Source of the DNA: Chiloscyllium plagiosum
Lineage: Eukaryota
Length of the DNA: 64,000 nt
NCBI RefSeq assembly: GCF_004010195.1
Contig: NC_057756.1
Location: forward strand, 2,730,776 to 2,794,775
Direction: 5' to 3'
Part shown: positions 1 through 13,269 of the stretch, in pieces
How positions within the stretch are numbered: the first letter of the stretch is position 1
How the letters are laid out: each line of letters begins with the position of its first letter
The notes under the pieces: generated by a model
What the model was told of the DNA's origin: nothing
What the model saw: only the letters and a program-made list of their open reading frames with translations
The model's database searches: none
Translations under genes and position numbers: made by a program

Positions 1-2257
1 ATTGCATGTCGTATTTTGTTGCGAAAGGAGAATAATCACTGATGTTATCATAGATTTGAGAAACAAGCATGACAAGTAACACTATTTGGGATACGTAAAA
101 GTTTTTATGTAAACTGAAGTGAGGCATTTTGTTTCAAAGGAAAAAAAAAGTTACACAAACGCTTTGTCTTTGTTCTCCATGAAGACACCGAAATGAGGAA
201 TGCACACCAAGCCACAGGGGACGAACAACTTTTTTTTTACCGTGAAGAAGAACAAATGACAATTTTAACGTGAATAGGAAAGCTACAAATTTATAGCTAT
301 TAATTCTGTACAACGGCACATCATTGCAATTGAGCAGAAATACTGAACATTCGAAATTTGCATGAAAAGAAAAATGGAGAGTGGAGATAAACGTCAGACG
401 TACAGAAAAGATTTTTAAATAATCGCATGTGCGTTAGTTGATATTTAAACTACCGAAACTGGTGAACAGAATGGAAAGAAAAATGGCTGCTTTGTTGCAA
501 ATATACTGAGAATAAATCAACAATGATTACAGGGACCACAGTAAGGAGATACACGTAACATGACTATAATATGAGATTAAGAGATCTATTAGTAGAAATA
601 AGTGTAAGGGTAAAATTTATTTTCCAAAGAAATGCTCTCTGGTTTGGTCTTTAAACTTTGAACATATAGACACTACTGTTCTGATCGTTCTAATCAAACA
701 CTTGGCATTTCCAAAATCTCTATATTTGAGTTTATAATGAGGACAAAGTTCACGAACAAAATAGTTTAATGGAAATACATGAATTCCTTGCGAGTCGCAA
801 AATTAAAAATGTAACTGTTTAAGTGGTGCAGAGAACGTCAATGGAAACAAACATTCAGCAAAGAAGATGAGCAATATACTTGAATGCCCTTGATACGTGT
901 CAGGTTTCAAAAGTCAAAAACAAGTTAACCCCAACTGACGACAAAAGGTTAACTAACAACACCTGATGCAGAAAATATTAGGTAATAACGTTGTGACAAA
1001 AAAGGCAATTGTCAAGTGATTTAGAAAAGATCGTGGAAAAGAAATAGACCAAAAGATGCTTTATCAAACTAAATTAGGAGTTACATAACGGGTTCTGTTT
1101 GGTGAAACTCGAATAATTCAGACGAGTGGCGTTATCTCTTTAAAATTCTCTTCCTGAACTCCACCACTCACCAGGGTGGAGATTCTTGTTTTGGTGAATT
1201 TATTCCAGTGGAATACCTGGCCGTTCAATTGGTTGCTTTTTCACGTTTAGTTTGCGGTTTATATTCCTAATGGCATATGCACCTCAGTGTTATTTCCACT
1301 CACTATCCAGGACCACCTTATTTATTATGTTCCACAGTTTGCTTGAAAGTTGCTGTATGCAAATCCACATTCTTCATGTTCCATCTTTCGTACACAAACG
1401 ATCCAAAGAGACGTGGGAGCAAAACTGATGACAACATTTTGACAATAACATGCAGATTACAAACAAATGCAATGCATGGCCACCTATGACAGTCGGTTTC
1501 TATGATAATTGTCTTGACATGTTATGAATAATTCAAGGTGTATCGCCAAACAAACCTTCAGCACTGGTCTGACCTTTAGAAGTTGTATAATCTCAAGAGG
1601 TGTAACCATTGTAACATACGTTGTTGGGAAATATGGGGCAAAGATGGAAAATTATTAATCTAGTCGATATAGAATGCTACGTGATGGTGCAGTCTGACAG
1701 TTACAGTTACGCTTGTACTGCAACATTGATGATTGTGATAACTTGTGATGAAATGTTTGGTGCATTTAATACATTTGCCTTTTAATGAAGTTTGCGATCG
1801 CTGGACGATCAGAAAGAATGCAACAAACTTGATCTGTAATAAAAAAAATCAAGTCGCTCAGTCAACGAATACTTTGGAAGGCCTTCAGCAGTCCAAAATA
1901 ATAAATGTCAAGTTCGTCCTGCAAAGCTATTAAATGACGTCAGTGTTAGCATTCGTTTAATTTGTTGGTCTTCCTTGTTATGATAATGTTTGAACTTAGA
2001 ACAATGCCAGAAAAGGCTGATATATTTTGGTAGTATTATTTGGGTTTCTGAAACGAATGAATGAGAAATCATAAAAATAGGAACTCACGTTCAGTTGGAC
2101 TTAGTATTGCTCGTAAACTGTGATGTCAATGTGTCTGTCTTTACATTTGATAATTCATTTCTTGCTCTGAGCAGTAATCTATTTCTTTCACTAAGTTTGT
2201 ATATTCTTTCAAGCAGTTCAAATGTAAGTTTTATTTTCCATTCAATGCCGACTACAG

Positions 2258-2287
2258 ATCTTACGATGAGGAAAGAAGGTGAAGCAA
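2258..2287 (+). CDS. Candidate symmetric phase-1 microexon (30 nt; xDLTMRKEGEA) of a heptad-microexon gene
   Basis: ttttccattcaatgccgactacag|ATCTTACG...GAAGCAA|gtgagt. A weaker donor (gtgaag) after 2278 would give a 21-nt version. Open in phase 1. Confidence 0.5.
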
Positions 2288-2717
2288 GTGAGTGAGAATA
2301 CATAGGTCTCTGGAAACCCACCAGTATAATTAAATGTAACTATTGTCGCTTTGCATTTGTTGCAACATATCAACTTATATCATTGGTCAAATAGTTTGCA
2401 CTGTTCCTAATGCCAGAAATGGTTTGAAAAATATACTGAAAGGTCTACTGAAAGTTAATTCACCAGCTCATAGAGAGTGACACAAAACCATAAAGATGCT
2501 GATCAGGAAACACAAATTGACGATCTCATTTCGAGAAAAAAAATTGTTGCAATGCTATTACTTCAGAATGTAAAAAAAAATATAATTCACAACATGTTTA
2601 TTCACATGAACATTTATGGATTTTTGTTTTCGTATCCAAGATTGCAGTTGTACATTATTTTGTCGTATTTCAGAAATGCGAAACTGTTATTTAAATTATT
2701 GACTCTTCTCACTTCAG

Positions 2718-2738
2718 AGTTTGAAAATAAAGAAGCAG
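2718..2738 (+). CDS. Candidate 21-nt phase-1 microexon (xFENKEA)
   Basis: ttgactcttctcacttcag|AGTTTGAAAATAAAGAAGCAG|gtaaga. Strong acceptor and donor; stop in phase 2, open in phase 1. Confidence 0.65.
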
Positions 2739-2964
2739 GTAAGAACAGAGGGTATTTTTGTTTCGGAAATAATACAAATAAGAACGTTTTGAGTCATATA
2801 CGTGAGTTCACATTTCATATGACGGTAGTTTAATGTTATTACATCATTTTAATGCACCTTGCTTACGTATAATGAGCAAAAAATACTTTTGTTATTTACC
2901 AGTAGAAGAATAGTCGGTCATTCTGTTTAAAGTTTCGATATTGAAGTTCACTTATTGACAGCAG

Positions 2965-2985
2965 ATTTGAAGAGCGAGATGTGTC
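2965..2985 (+). CDS. Candidate 21-nt phase-1 microexon (DLKSEMC)
   Basis: cttattgacagcag|ATTTGAAGAGCGAGATGTGTC|gtaggt. The peptide resembles the 30203 exon (DLGKEKC). Confidence 0.55.
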
Positions 2986-4289
2986 GTAGGTTTTGTATGA
3001 CAGAGAGCAAATTGGACAGAGAGAAGATAGCCAACTCTCACTTGAGCAGAGAACAAACCCCTTCTCTGAGAAGGAAGTACCTGGCTCTAACAAGAAATCT
3101 CATCATTCTCTGAAAAAGCAGCATCCATCCACGTGGTACACCGCACGTTGTGTGAATATCGTTCAAGATAGACAGTCGACGGAGAAAGGCATTAAGAACA
3201 GGTGAATAAAAATAAAATATCGTTGAGAACAGAATGAGCAGGATGACATGGAGCATTCCTGAGGATCCATTCTTTGTGAACGTTGAGCAACTAAGTTTTA
3301 ATTTATTATTTTCTTTTTACTTGTATGGATCAGTGGGACCTACATTATTGAATCAGCATACCGAAAGAATCTTGTTTTATTCAGGCAACGTGAGAGTGAA
3401 ATTTCAGTTTGCTTGGAATTCTGGTGGCTTGTTTTCTATAAGCATTAATAAAATAAATTGTTACTTGTTATTTGTAGAGCTAACGAAAGGATGTCATTTC
3501 ATTTAACCACCCCTTTCCAGCAGATTGTAGAGCTGAAAGGTTGGCTCTAACACTTGTCTGTGCATCAGATTATGAGGCGAGGGGCTCCCCTCTAGTTGTT
3601 TTGGATTGAATATTCATACGTTTCATGACCTCCCTAATTTAACAGTGGTACTCAACTGATTTTTTGCTTATGATCTGTCAACAAATACGTCACTTGGACT
3701 TCCGTCATCTGTGCTGTCTTTCATTTAAAGGACACAGATGCATTAAAAGATTTCCCTTAATGAGGATGTAATAATGCAAATAATTTCCAGCAGCTCCTCA
3801 CATAAAACATATAAATCTCTCTCCACTAGCATGCTCATACCGCAGAACCAATCGGCCAGTGATTGAGGATCACGACATCGTGCTAATGCAACATTAATCG
3901 TGTGGAAATCGAATGGAACAATTACTTGTAGAGTATAATTTTTTGCTGTACATTTGCCAACTCATCCTTCTGGTTTTCAAAATAATAGAACTATAAAAAT
4001 GATTCCACAATGTTATTTAGGAAATAAAATCTATTATCCCTCTCTGATTTGGCCATCTTTTGCATCGAGATGACCACCTTGTGACTGCCGAGAAGTGACG
4101 CCTGAAGGTTCAATGTATTCTGGCTTTGCCAGTCATGCAAGTTTAGCATTAATTTGCAGAGACAACCTAGTCTTCTTAATACCAAGTAGCTTGCACTGTG
4201 AAATTGAGGCTGGAAAATACTTGCGGGCATCCTACACTAAGTGCAGCTTAACCTACATACTCTTCATTTTATTATATTTCACGTGCCTA

Positions 4290-5650
4290 TCCAAGAGGAG
4301 CTTAGATGCACCTAATGCATCCACCTCTATTACCACTGCTGGCAGTCCATTACAGTTAGCCATCGTTCTCTATCTCATTACCCTAACTCTGACATTTCCC
4401 TAAAACTTCCTCAAATTACCTTAAAAGTTAAACCTCCTCTTAGTAGGCACTTCCATCATGGGAAAAGCATCTTTGGCTGCCCACTCTTTTTGTACTTCAC
4501 AGAATCTTCGATATCTTTAACACCACACATCTTTCTTCACTCCAACGAGAATGTCCCGAGCTCCCTCAACCTTTGTTCATTAGACATGCCATCCAGTTCA
4601 GGTAGCATCCTGGTAATCTTCTTCTGTACCCTCCCTAAACTTTGCAAGTTCTTCCTATGATGAGACAACAAGAATTGAGCACAATATTCCAAATATGGTC
4701 TAACCAGTGTGGTACAGAGCTGCAGCATTACATCGCGCCTCTTAATCTCGAAGTCTGGTAATGGAAGTCAATACACTATACATCTTGTTAACAAGTCGAT
4801 CAAATTGTGTGGCAACGTTCATGAATCTATGGACATTGATCCCACGACCTCTCACTTTCACCATGCTGCCAGGAATCCTGCCTTTAACATTGTATTTTGC
4901 ATTCAAATTTGAACTCCCAAAATGAATTACTTCACAATTTTTCAGGTTGAACTACATTTGTCTCATGTTATCCCAGTTCTGCATCCTGTCAATGTCCCAT
5001 TGCCAGCTACAACATGCTTCCACACTATCCACAACTCCGCCACTCTTCATGTCTTTTGTACTCTTAAAAACACACCTTTACACGTCCTTTTCCAAGTAAT
5101 TTATAAAAACAACAAAGACCATAGATCTCAGAACGGGTTTCTGTGGATCACTGCTGGTCACTGATCTCCATACTGAATACTTTCCATCTTCCACACCGCT
5201 CTGTGTTCTATGGGCAAGCCTATTCAGCATCCATACCAGCAGATTTCCTTGTGTCTTATGCCTCCATATTTTCTGAATGAGACTATCATGGGGAATATTA
5301 TCAAACTCTTTGTGAAAATCCACGTGCACCACATCCACTGTTCTACTTTCATCAACGTAATTTACCACACCCTCAATGAATAAAACAAATTTTATGTGGC
5401 ATGACGCTCACAAAGCATTGCTTATACCTCAAATCCAAGTCTGGTTTTCCAAGTAATCATAAAACCGGAATCTCTCAGACTCTGCTTTCGAAAAGAATCC
5501 TCTCCAATCATTTATCCACCAATGGCAAAAAACTGACTGGTCTGTAATTCCAAAGATTATTGCTATTCCCTTTCTGGAAAAAAAAAAGGAATAATATTTA
5601 TCAGTCTGCAAATATTTGGCACTATTCCAGTGGGCAGTGAGAACAATGGA
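4290..5650 (-). mobile_element. Degenerate CR1/HER1-like LINE, 3' part of ORF2 (RT)
   Basis: ORF fragments VDESRTVDVVHVDFHKEFDNIPH and TLVRPYLEYCAQF are characteristic of CR1 RT. Confidence 0.9.
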
Positions 5651-5701
5651 CATTTCAGTATGAGCTTGACAACGGAGGATCCTGAATGTTCTTATTTGTA
5701 G

Positions 5702-5719
5702 GAGAAGACAGGTAGAATG
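5702..5719 (+). other. Candidate 18-nt microexon, with a stop in phase 1 and open in phases 0/2
   Basis: tgttcttatttgtag|GAGAAGACAGGTAGAATG|gtaaga. Confidence 0.35.
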
Positions 5720-7129
5720 GTAAGAAACGTTACTTTTAAGGACACAAAGATTCAGTCGTGTAAACGTCTGTCAGTTAAGTTCAGAATATGCATGAAAGAA
5801 GAGCGCCAGAGAGGGAGAACACAATCTGAAATTCAAATGTAGTACATGGTAGATGAAGGTGGGAGGGCATGCATGTCTTTATCAGAGAAAGCATGCCAGA
5901 TGTACATGCTTTAGAAAAACATTATTTTCAATAATTACATTGTGATCAACCAATAAAATTCAAAAGAAACAATTTCAAGAGAAAGTGAACGCAAATAATT
6001 AGACAATTGGTTGGTGGTATATGGAAAAAATCGCATTCATAATTAGTAGTATGTCTTGATTTGTTAAAGAATCAAGTTGGGAAGACGTGATTGCACATTG
6101 AACAATTCAGACAGACAACAGCTGCGCATGGAAGTGGGAAATTCCAACTGTCCATAAATGATTGATGATTATCATCTAATCTGGATGAGAGTGAGTGTAG
6201 AGAATACGATTGAAATGGTCGTTACGTTGAAACATTGAAACCCAAGAAACACGAGGCGATAAGGAGAATCGTGTTAGCTCCTATATGACGACAGGAATTT
6301 GAACTTGTTCAGTGCACCAATGGTTTGAAATTCAGACGGCTTTGATAACGCCTCGTGCCAATAAAATGGATATCTACACTGTGCAGCACAAGAATTACAG
6401 TGGGAATAGAATTACTGATTGATGTCAGATAACTCAGAACCAACAAAATAGAAAGAAAGAGACAAGACAACCTTCGTATGCAGTCTAGAAAGTTGCATGT
6501 TAAGAAAATATAATGACCAGCTATCACTTATATCCAATAAAATCTGCAGTTTCACAGAGCAAAGAGCTAATTGACATAAAATAGATAAGATTAGAAATGA
6601 AAGTGATTGATTCAAATAATTGGGGGGAGTGTGGGTGGAAGTGTTGTAAAGGGTTATTGTTTGGGGAGCACAGGCAGCAACACTGGGGAAAGTTAGTTTT
6701 TCACTATTAGTGCCGTGATGCCTGAACTATTCTTCAAATCGTGTTCTTGCAGATAGAGGATCTCAGAGAGCAGAAAAATGTTCAATTTAATCAAACTTCA
6801 TTCATGCAGACGTAGAACATCTTTCAGTCAAATGAACGATTCGAAGTAGAGGAACAAAATGCAACGATGAAAGGTGAAGGTCCGCCTCTAATGCACAGGG
6901 AAAGGTAAAACTAGTTGTATCTGTAAGAGTCATTTCCAGCAGAAATTATTGGGTTTTACAACTAAAAACAAAGTAAAATATTACTGTTTCAATATCTGAA
7001 GGGCACTTTGCATTCGAACAATGAAAGAAAGGGAACCTCATGCATGTACCATCGTGAATATATACTATAATACATCCCTGTCTAGACACTTACCCCAGGT
7101 TGTCAAGGGCTGTTTGAGGAATAGGAGGA

Positions 7130-10100
7130 TGTGACGATGCTGTCACGTTAACAAGGTTATATTGTACTTGTTCTGTTTTCAAGTAACATAGAAAAAGCAG
7201 ACATACCAAAGAGTCCAGGAGAGCCTAGTATAACAGTAGCAGAGGAGTGATCAGTTTTCGCAGTCCCTTGTTTTTCTACTCTGATTTAGCTCTGGGTAAT
7301 CACAAAATGCTGGAGTCAATGAAGGTTGCAAGCTTCGTCAAATGACTCCTGACTGTCTTTTGCTCTGAAATATGTTTCGACGTTATTCCTGCCTGCCTGT
7401 AAGAATCTGCCCTTCAATTTAATTTTTGCATTTAGTTTTCTGTTTCTGGGATGCTCCTGGATTGGAACAGTTCGTTAGTTAAATTATTGCATCGGGTCGC
7501 TTAAGTTTTCCAATAGTTAAGTTCATCTAAATTCCGTTTTCAGTTGTTAATGTTTCAACTGTAGCTTTTTAAGTTAATTCAATTTTGATTGAAGCCGAAT
7601 GGTTTACAAGCTGCGTCACAGCGGAAATTACTACGTCACATCTGAATTTAAACTAGGAAAGATTTATAGTCTTGTCAACTTTGTTAAAATGGTTTGAGGG
7701 TTCGGTCCTGGTGCATAACACATTACTGGCTCATGTTGGGATTAATTCTATAATTTCAATTTGGCTGTACTGCTATTGGATTCAAAGATGGTGAGTGGTA
7801 GGTGTTGGTGTCTTTTGTTCTGTGTGTTGGTTTTGGTTTATATAAACAATGCTTGATGGAGCAATGGCTCTATTAGTCACTAAGAGTTTACAACGTGTGG
7901 AGAATGTGACTTTGGGAATCTTAGAAACGTTTGGCGAGGCAAAGCTGTTGAAAGCGGAAACGAGTTGCAGTAGAAATTGGCTTCGTCTGTGAGAAAAGGA
8001 CAGGTAATGAATCTTTGGAATTGACTAGCATTCAACATCAGATAAGACAGCTTGAACATGCATGGGAAGTATAACAGTTCGAGTATCGATTAACAGAAGA
8101 GGAAACAGAAAAAAAGAACAAATAGCTCGAGCAGAACAATTCGAAAAGAAGAAGAAGGCCCTCCCGGAAAAAAGGGAGAAAAAGATTTGGAAGGGAAAAA
8201 GAGCGAGAAATTGTACTCCAGTAATTTGAAAACCGACAGGAAAACCAGTTTAAAAAAGACAGAGGTGAAGATAGATGGTGGCTTAGTGAGGAGGGTAGTG
8301 AGGATGATCAAACACATCGCAGCCAAAAAAAGAAACTTGTATAGATCTGTTCAAATATATACAAGTATTGCATAAGTTTTATGACAATCATGTCGAAGCC
8401 TCACTCATTTCATTTTAAGAAAGTGACTAAATGAACCAAGTGGGAGTGGGGCAGGTCAATATATATGATCCAAGCAACGCTGTTAGGTAGATCTTGTGAG
8501 GTATTCTATCACCATAATCTGGGGACAATATGAATGTGAAGACAGCCATTTTAAGTGAAATTGTGCAAGAAGCCAACAGGCAAGTTTTCAGAAAACTTGG
8601 CAGTGATCCTGGTCAAATATGCATTGAGTTTGAAAGGACAATATATAAACAATTTTATCAGATGGATAAGGGCACTTAAATTGGATCAAATTTGCGACGG
8701 TCTTAGAAAACGATTTTTTTTTTAAAACGATCAAATATCGACTTCCTGACATAATGAGAGCAAATGTGGATGAGGAACGAATTAAACTGGCAAGATTTGG
8801 TTTTGAAATGGCTGATGATTATGAGTTGCCTAATGAATCCATTTAACACATTCATTATTATAAGAAAATACTGATTCTCACTTTGTGTTTGAGATCATTT
8901 CAAAGGTTCCTCAAATTCAGGAATACGCATTAAAAGTGCAGGTTTCATTATTTATTGCAATTTTCCATTTACCTGAAATTTCTAACAAAGTTCAACTACA
9001 TATCTGTGCAATAAATGTAAGTAAATACGTTTTTGTATTTTAGCTTGAGTTTATCTCACTTGCAAATGACCCCTTAATAGTTTCACATGCGCCTTTCATA
9101 GGACTTCCTTTCTTCCACCCCTGGCAAAAGAGTTTGATAAACCTCTGTCCATTTCTTATCTGCCTGAATATATGACGGTCTCCATTTCCTCAATAAGATT
9201 TCAGTTTTAAGATAATAACATTCAAGGATACATTTGGTTTCTTTTTCTGTGTATGTGGCGTAGTACAATTGTTTTAATGTCATCTTTCCACTCTAACTCA
9301 GTTCATTTATTTGAGGTAAAGATGCATGCCTTGTCATATATCTGCTCCTGAATTATTTCCACGATCTGATCAAACAAGTTTTCTGCCAATTGAACTTCAA
9401 CTTTCTTATCTGTACTGTTTGATCTCTCCTGTATCAACTGGTGACTTATGACGTCATTAGCGCGCAGTCAGGAAATATCTCTCTTTAAATGCAATGCAAT
9501 AGTTCACACACCTATGTTTCTGCTGGCTTTTCAACTACAGTATGCAACACTCCTACCTGTGAACTTGCTTTATCATGAGCATGGGCAACTTATACTCTTG
9601 AAGCTGACGGTTTGTCCTTTACTCCTATCACGAATCCTTCAACCTTCACTGGACATTCTAAGCTCTCTTTGCGTGGTTGAGCGTTTCTTGTTTCACTGTC
9701 ACATTCCCTACTGGCACCGTTTCTGCACAGAAAAATATAATTGCAACAAACGTCAAACTTTACTTCAAAATTATTCCAGGAAAAATACTATCCAGATTCG
9801 CAGGGAGCGCTGGAAAGTTGGCATCAGACATTACAGACCATGCTGAGGGCTCTTCGTCAAAACAACACAGATGATTGGCAAAAGAGAAATTGATTTACAC
9901 ATTTTGTGAACAGAAATGCAATAAATAAGTCGAAATAATTAAGTCAATTTTAATTAGTTTCTTGGCATGAAGTGACAGGACCACTAAAATTGATTAATGA
10001 GAAATTTGTCTGTCAGAATTCAGAGGCCACATATTTGGCATACGTGTCAAACTTGTGGGAACGATTAAATGAAGCACAGGACTTGTTTCGACAAACTTGA

Positions 10101-10625
10101 AAAGCATCAAGCTTAAGCTAAACTAGGAAGAAATCAAAAACTTACAATTTTGCTCTCCGTTATAAGTTATAAGTGAAACTTTAAAAGCAAGGTTTATTGG
10201 ACCTTATGAAATCAAAAGGAAATTGTTCGAGGAGAACTATTTCATCAGGACTCCAGACAGAAAGATACCTCAAAGAGTGAATTACGTGAATGTGCTCAAA
10301 AGCTACTTTGACAGACTGTGATATTAGTTACAACACAGAGGGAAGCACCACATTCACAGCATTCTAATTTAACCAATCCTCACATAAAATTCGACAATGA
10401 GGATGATGTCAATAATTGGGATAAATTATTGAGTTGTCATCCAGAGGAAAGTCAAAAGGACCTGAAGGAGGTAATGCTATCACGTCGCAAGATTAATGAA
10501 AATAAGGTAGGGAGTGCAAAGTTAATAATACATAATGTTGAGACAAGATATGTTTTACTGATTAAGCAACATGCTATAGGCATAACCCTCGAAAGTTTAG
10601 CAAATTCACACTCGACGGGTTAGGG
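7130..10625 (+). mobile_element. Degenerate Gmr1-like Gypsy LTR retrotransposon (LTR, SCAN-type gag, internally inverted PR-IN segment, IN core/GPY, start of RT)
   Basis: TG...CA-bounded LTR-like block at about 7130-7720 and gag from ATG 7864. IN core YYPDSQGALESWHQTLQTMLRA at about 9787. GPY-type motif ARFIGPYEIKRK...NYFIRTPDRK at about 10190, followed by an RT N-terminal IKQH motif at about 10560. Confidence 0.8.
8837..9785 (-). mobile_element. Inverted internal segment of the Gmr1-like element (protease tail/linker to integrase zinc-binding region)
   Basis: The minus strand reads ECPVKVEGFVIGV..., CYYLKTEILLRKWRP, TQAKIQK...KPALLMRIPEFEEP and KSENQYFLII, all Gmr1 pol-like, while both flanks read on +. 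Confidence 0.8.
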
Positions 10626-10699
10626 CTGCTGTGGTAGAAAAGAAATGGCTGACCAAAAGGAAGAAAAAGAGCAGAAAAGCAGTGCAGTTGTCCTCAATG

Positions 10700-13230
10700 A
10701 TTGTCATCCTCCAACAAAAGTATATGATGTTGAATACTTTTGGGAGATATAGAGACCCAAGGGAAGGTAGCAGTTATCAGCTTCCTCGCCACTTAGCTGG
10801 CTCTGTTGTACAGAAGGGCAGGAACAATAGTGGAAGGACTATAGTCATTGTGAATTGAATTGCAAGTGGAGTAGATAGACCGTTCTGTTGTCTCCAAGGT
10901 GCTGCGTGAGGGATGTATCAGATCATTTGCAGACATTGTGAAGGGTGACGGTGAATAAACCGCTGTCGTGATGTATCTCAGCACCAACGATGTCGGTCAT
11001 AAACGGGATGAGGTCTTACCAGCACAATTTATGAAGTTACAAGCAACGTTTAAAAGTAGGGCCTCGGAGGTGTTAATTTCAGGATTGGTACCAGTGACAC
11101 ATGTTAGTCAGAGTAACAACACTGGTAAGTAACCTCCCACCCCCTAAAATTTTAAATTTGCAACACAGAAACGTTTTAAACCGTGCTGCATTCTGTTAAA
11201 ATTCCAGTAGCAAGGAAATACTCAAAAGTCACAACTTAAAGTAAAAATAATAAATTCAATTTTTAAAAAATTCTAACGGAGAATAATGAATTAAAAACTA
11301 TTTACAACTCATTTCTCTAACCTACCTTCCCCTCTACAATACGAGTTCAATAAAAGCCCCAATTAAGATTTTCTGAAGCATTAACATTTCAAAACTACAC
11401 AGCTGTGAAAGTTTCTCATTGTATCTTCCTCTATAGATTTTCTCTACAGGTCGGGCTCAATTTGTTTTCTCACTCTGTGCAAACACACCCTAACAGACGC
11501 ATCTATCAGAGGGTTCTCACTAGCAGCCTACATTTGTTAGTATTTTGGCAGGTTGTCGCCAAACTGTACAATTTAATATTTCTATCCCGAAGAATCGGAT
11601 AGTTTCATTGGTCTTGATGTTGTCAAAATACCAAATTCAAACATGATTAGAGGTTAGTATTTTAGGGCATGATTTGAACTGATAGGCCGAAATTAATTTG
11701 AATATTTCTTTTTCTCAGAGCAAACCCGGTACTGGCTGCTAATAGATCAAATGTTACATTGTAAATTGTCCAGCATTCTGTGTGCTTACCAAGTTCTTCA
11801 ACACTCTTACACGTGCAGTTCACCTCTGCACCATCATAATCGCAGGAATGTGAACCAAGTGAGGAAGTTAGTGGAATGTAAAGATACGGTAATAAAAAGC
11901 CTGTAAGGTATTTGCTAAGGATAAAGAAGTCAGCATATCTAAGGGGAACAGTACGCCGTGAGCAGATGACAAACACAAAGGATCTGGGGGTCTGAGGTAC
12001 ATTTGTTTTAGTGGAACAAGTGCAGTAGATAAGGTAGATGAACGTACGACTTGAATTAGTATCTGGGAATATGATGTTATTGCTATTTCTGAGACTGGGT
12101 TGAGGGAGGTGCAAGATTGGCAATTGAATATTGCAGGAATTAACTGCTTCACACCGATAAGAAGGAGAGTTAAAAGTTTGCAGCTGTTGCATGATATTCA
12201 AAACAGATGTCACAGCTAAATATTAAGGAAGGCACGATGGATGACTCGAGTAGTGAGGCAATATGAGCAAAGCTCAGATATAGGGAAGGTGTGGTAACAA
12301 TATTGGGGCTCTTCGCTAGGCCTCCCAAAGCAAGCGAGAGATAGAGGTTCCAAAATATAGACACATTACTAAAGGATATAAGTTCAACAAAATTATGGTC
12401 CTGGGAGATTTATGTTCCTAACATTTTCTGGGATTCACTTAGTGTAAGAGCTTTAGAATAATCAGTACTTGAAAAGAGCATCTTGAAGGATTTTATAAAG
12501 CAGGAAATAAGTGTTCCAACTCGGGAAGGTGGAATAACGTACCTGGTGTTGGGGAATGTTCCAGGTCAGGAGTTTAAATGTGCAGTGAGGGATTACTTTG
12601 GTAATAGTAATCACAATTATGTAAGTTTTGAATTCTCGTGGACAAAGATGAGAATGGTCTTAAAGGAAGACTGCTAACTTGGAGGATGGCCAACTATAGC
12701 TGAATTTGGCCGGTGCTAGTGAATGCAGAATGGGATCAGCTGTTTGAAGATAAATCCACATTTGATATGTGAGAGTGTTTTAACATGAGGTTGATTAGCT
12801 TATAGGATAGAGTTAGCCCGGTGAAAATGAAGGATAGTGATGGCAAGATTGGAGAACCATGGATCACAGGTGAAATTGCCACAGGGAACATGAAACATAC
12901 ATAAGGCCGAGGCGACTGAGAACAGATGAAGCTTTGGAAGAATATTGGGAAAATCGGAACCATACGAAAGTATGAATTAAGAGGGTTTAAAGCAGTTTAC
13001 AATAATCTTTAGCAAACAGGGTTAAGGAAAATCAAAAAGACTTATCCACATATAAGGAAAACGAGCGTAACTGGGGAAAAGCGTTGCCTTAGCCAAGGTA
13101 AAATGAGGAAAGTTATGTTTGAAGTCAGAGAAAGTGGTTACTTTCCATCTGTTTTCACCGAGGAGAGGGACATGACGGTTCTTGAGGGAGAGAACAGGTA
13201 TTTGATTAGTCTTGGTTAAGTCGGCAATAA
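10700..13230 (+). mobile_element. CR1 LINE with ORF1 esterase-like region and ORF2 APE endonuclease, interrupted by an LTR-like insert
   Basis: VVMYLSTNDVG...EVLISGLVP (SGNH-type ORF1) at about 10960-11100. WEYDVIAISETGL...DWQLNIAG (APE) at about 12060-12140. Confidence 0.8.
11109..11800. mobile_element. Probable solo LTR-like insert within CR1 ORF1
   Basis: A non-coding AT-rich block breaks CR1 ORF1 from ORF2, starting at ...gtaacaacactgg. Right boundary and orientation are uncertain. Confidence 0.4.
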
Positions 13231-13269
13231 TGTTTATGACAGTTCAATTGACGCTGTTGTGAGAAGGTG

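Noticed and set aside
54..75. Exon-like block ATTTGAGAAAC... (DLRNKHD) resembling the heptad exons
   Set aside because: It is 22 nt to the nearest GT with a weak donor (gtaaca), so it does not preserve frame. Possible relic only.
400..1930. Possible coding relic or TE
   Set aside because: Too degenerate to assign; no recognisable motif.
11662..12213. 183-aa minus-strand ORF
   Set aside because: Antisense to the CR1 APE region; chance ORF.
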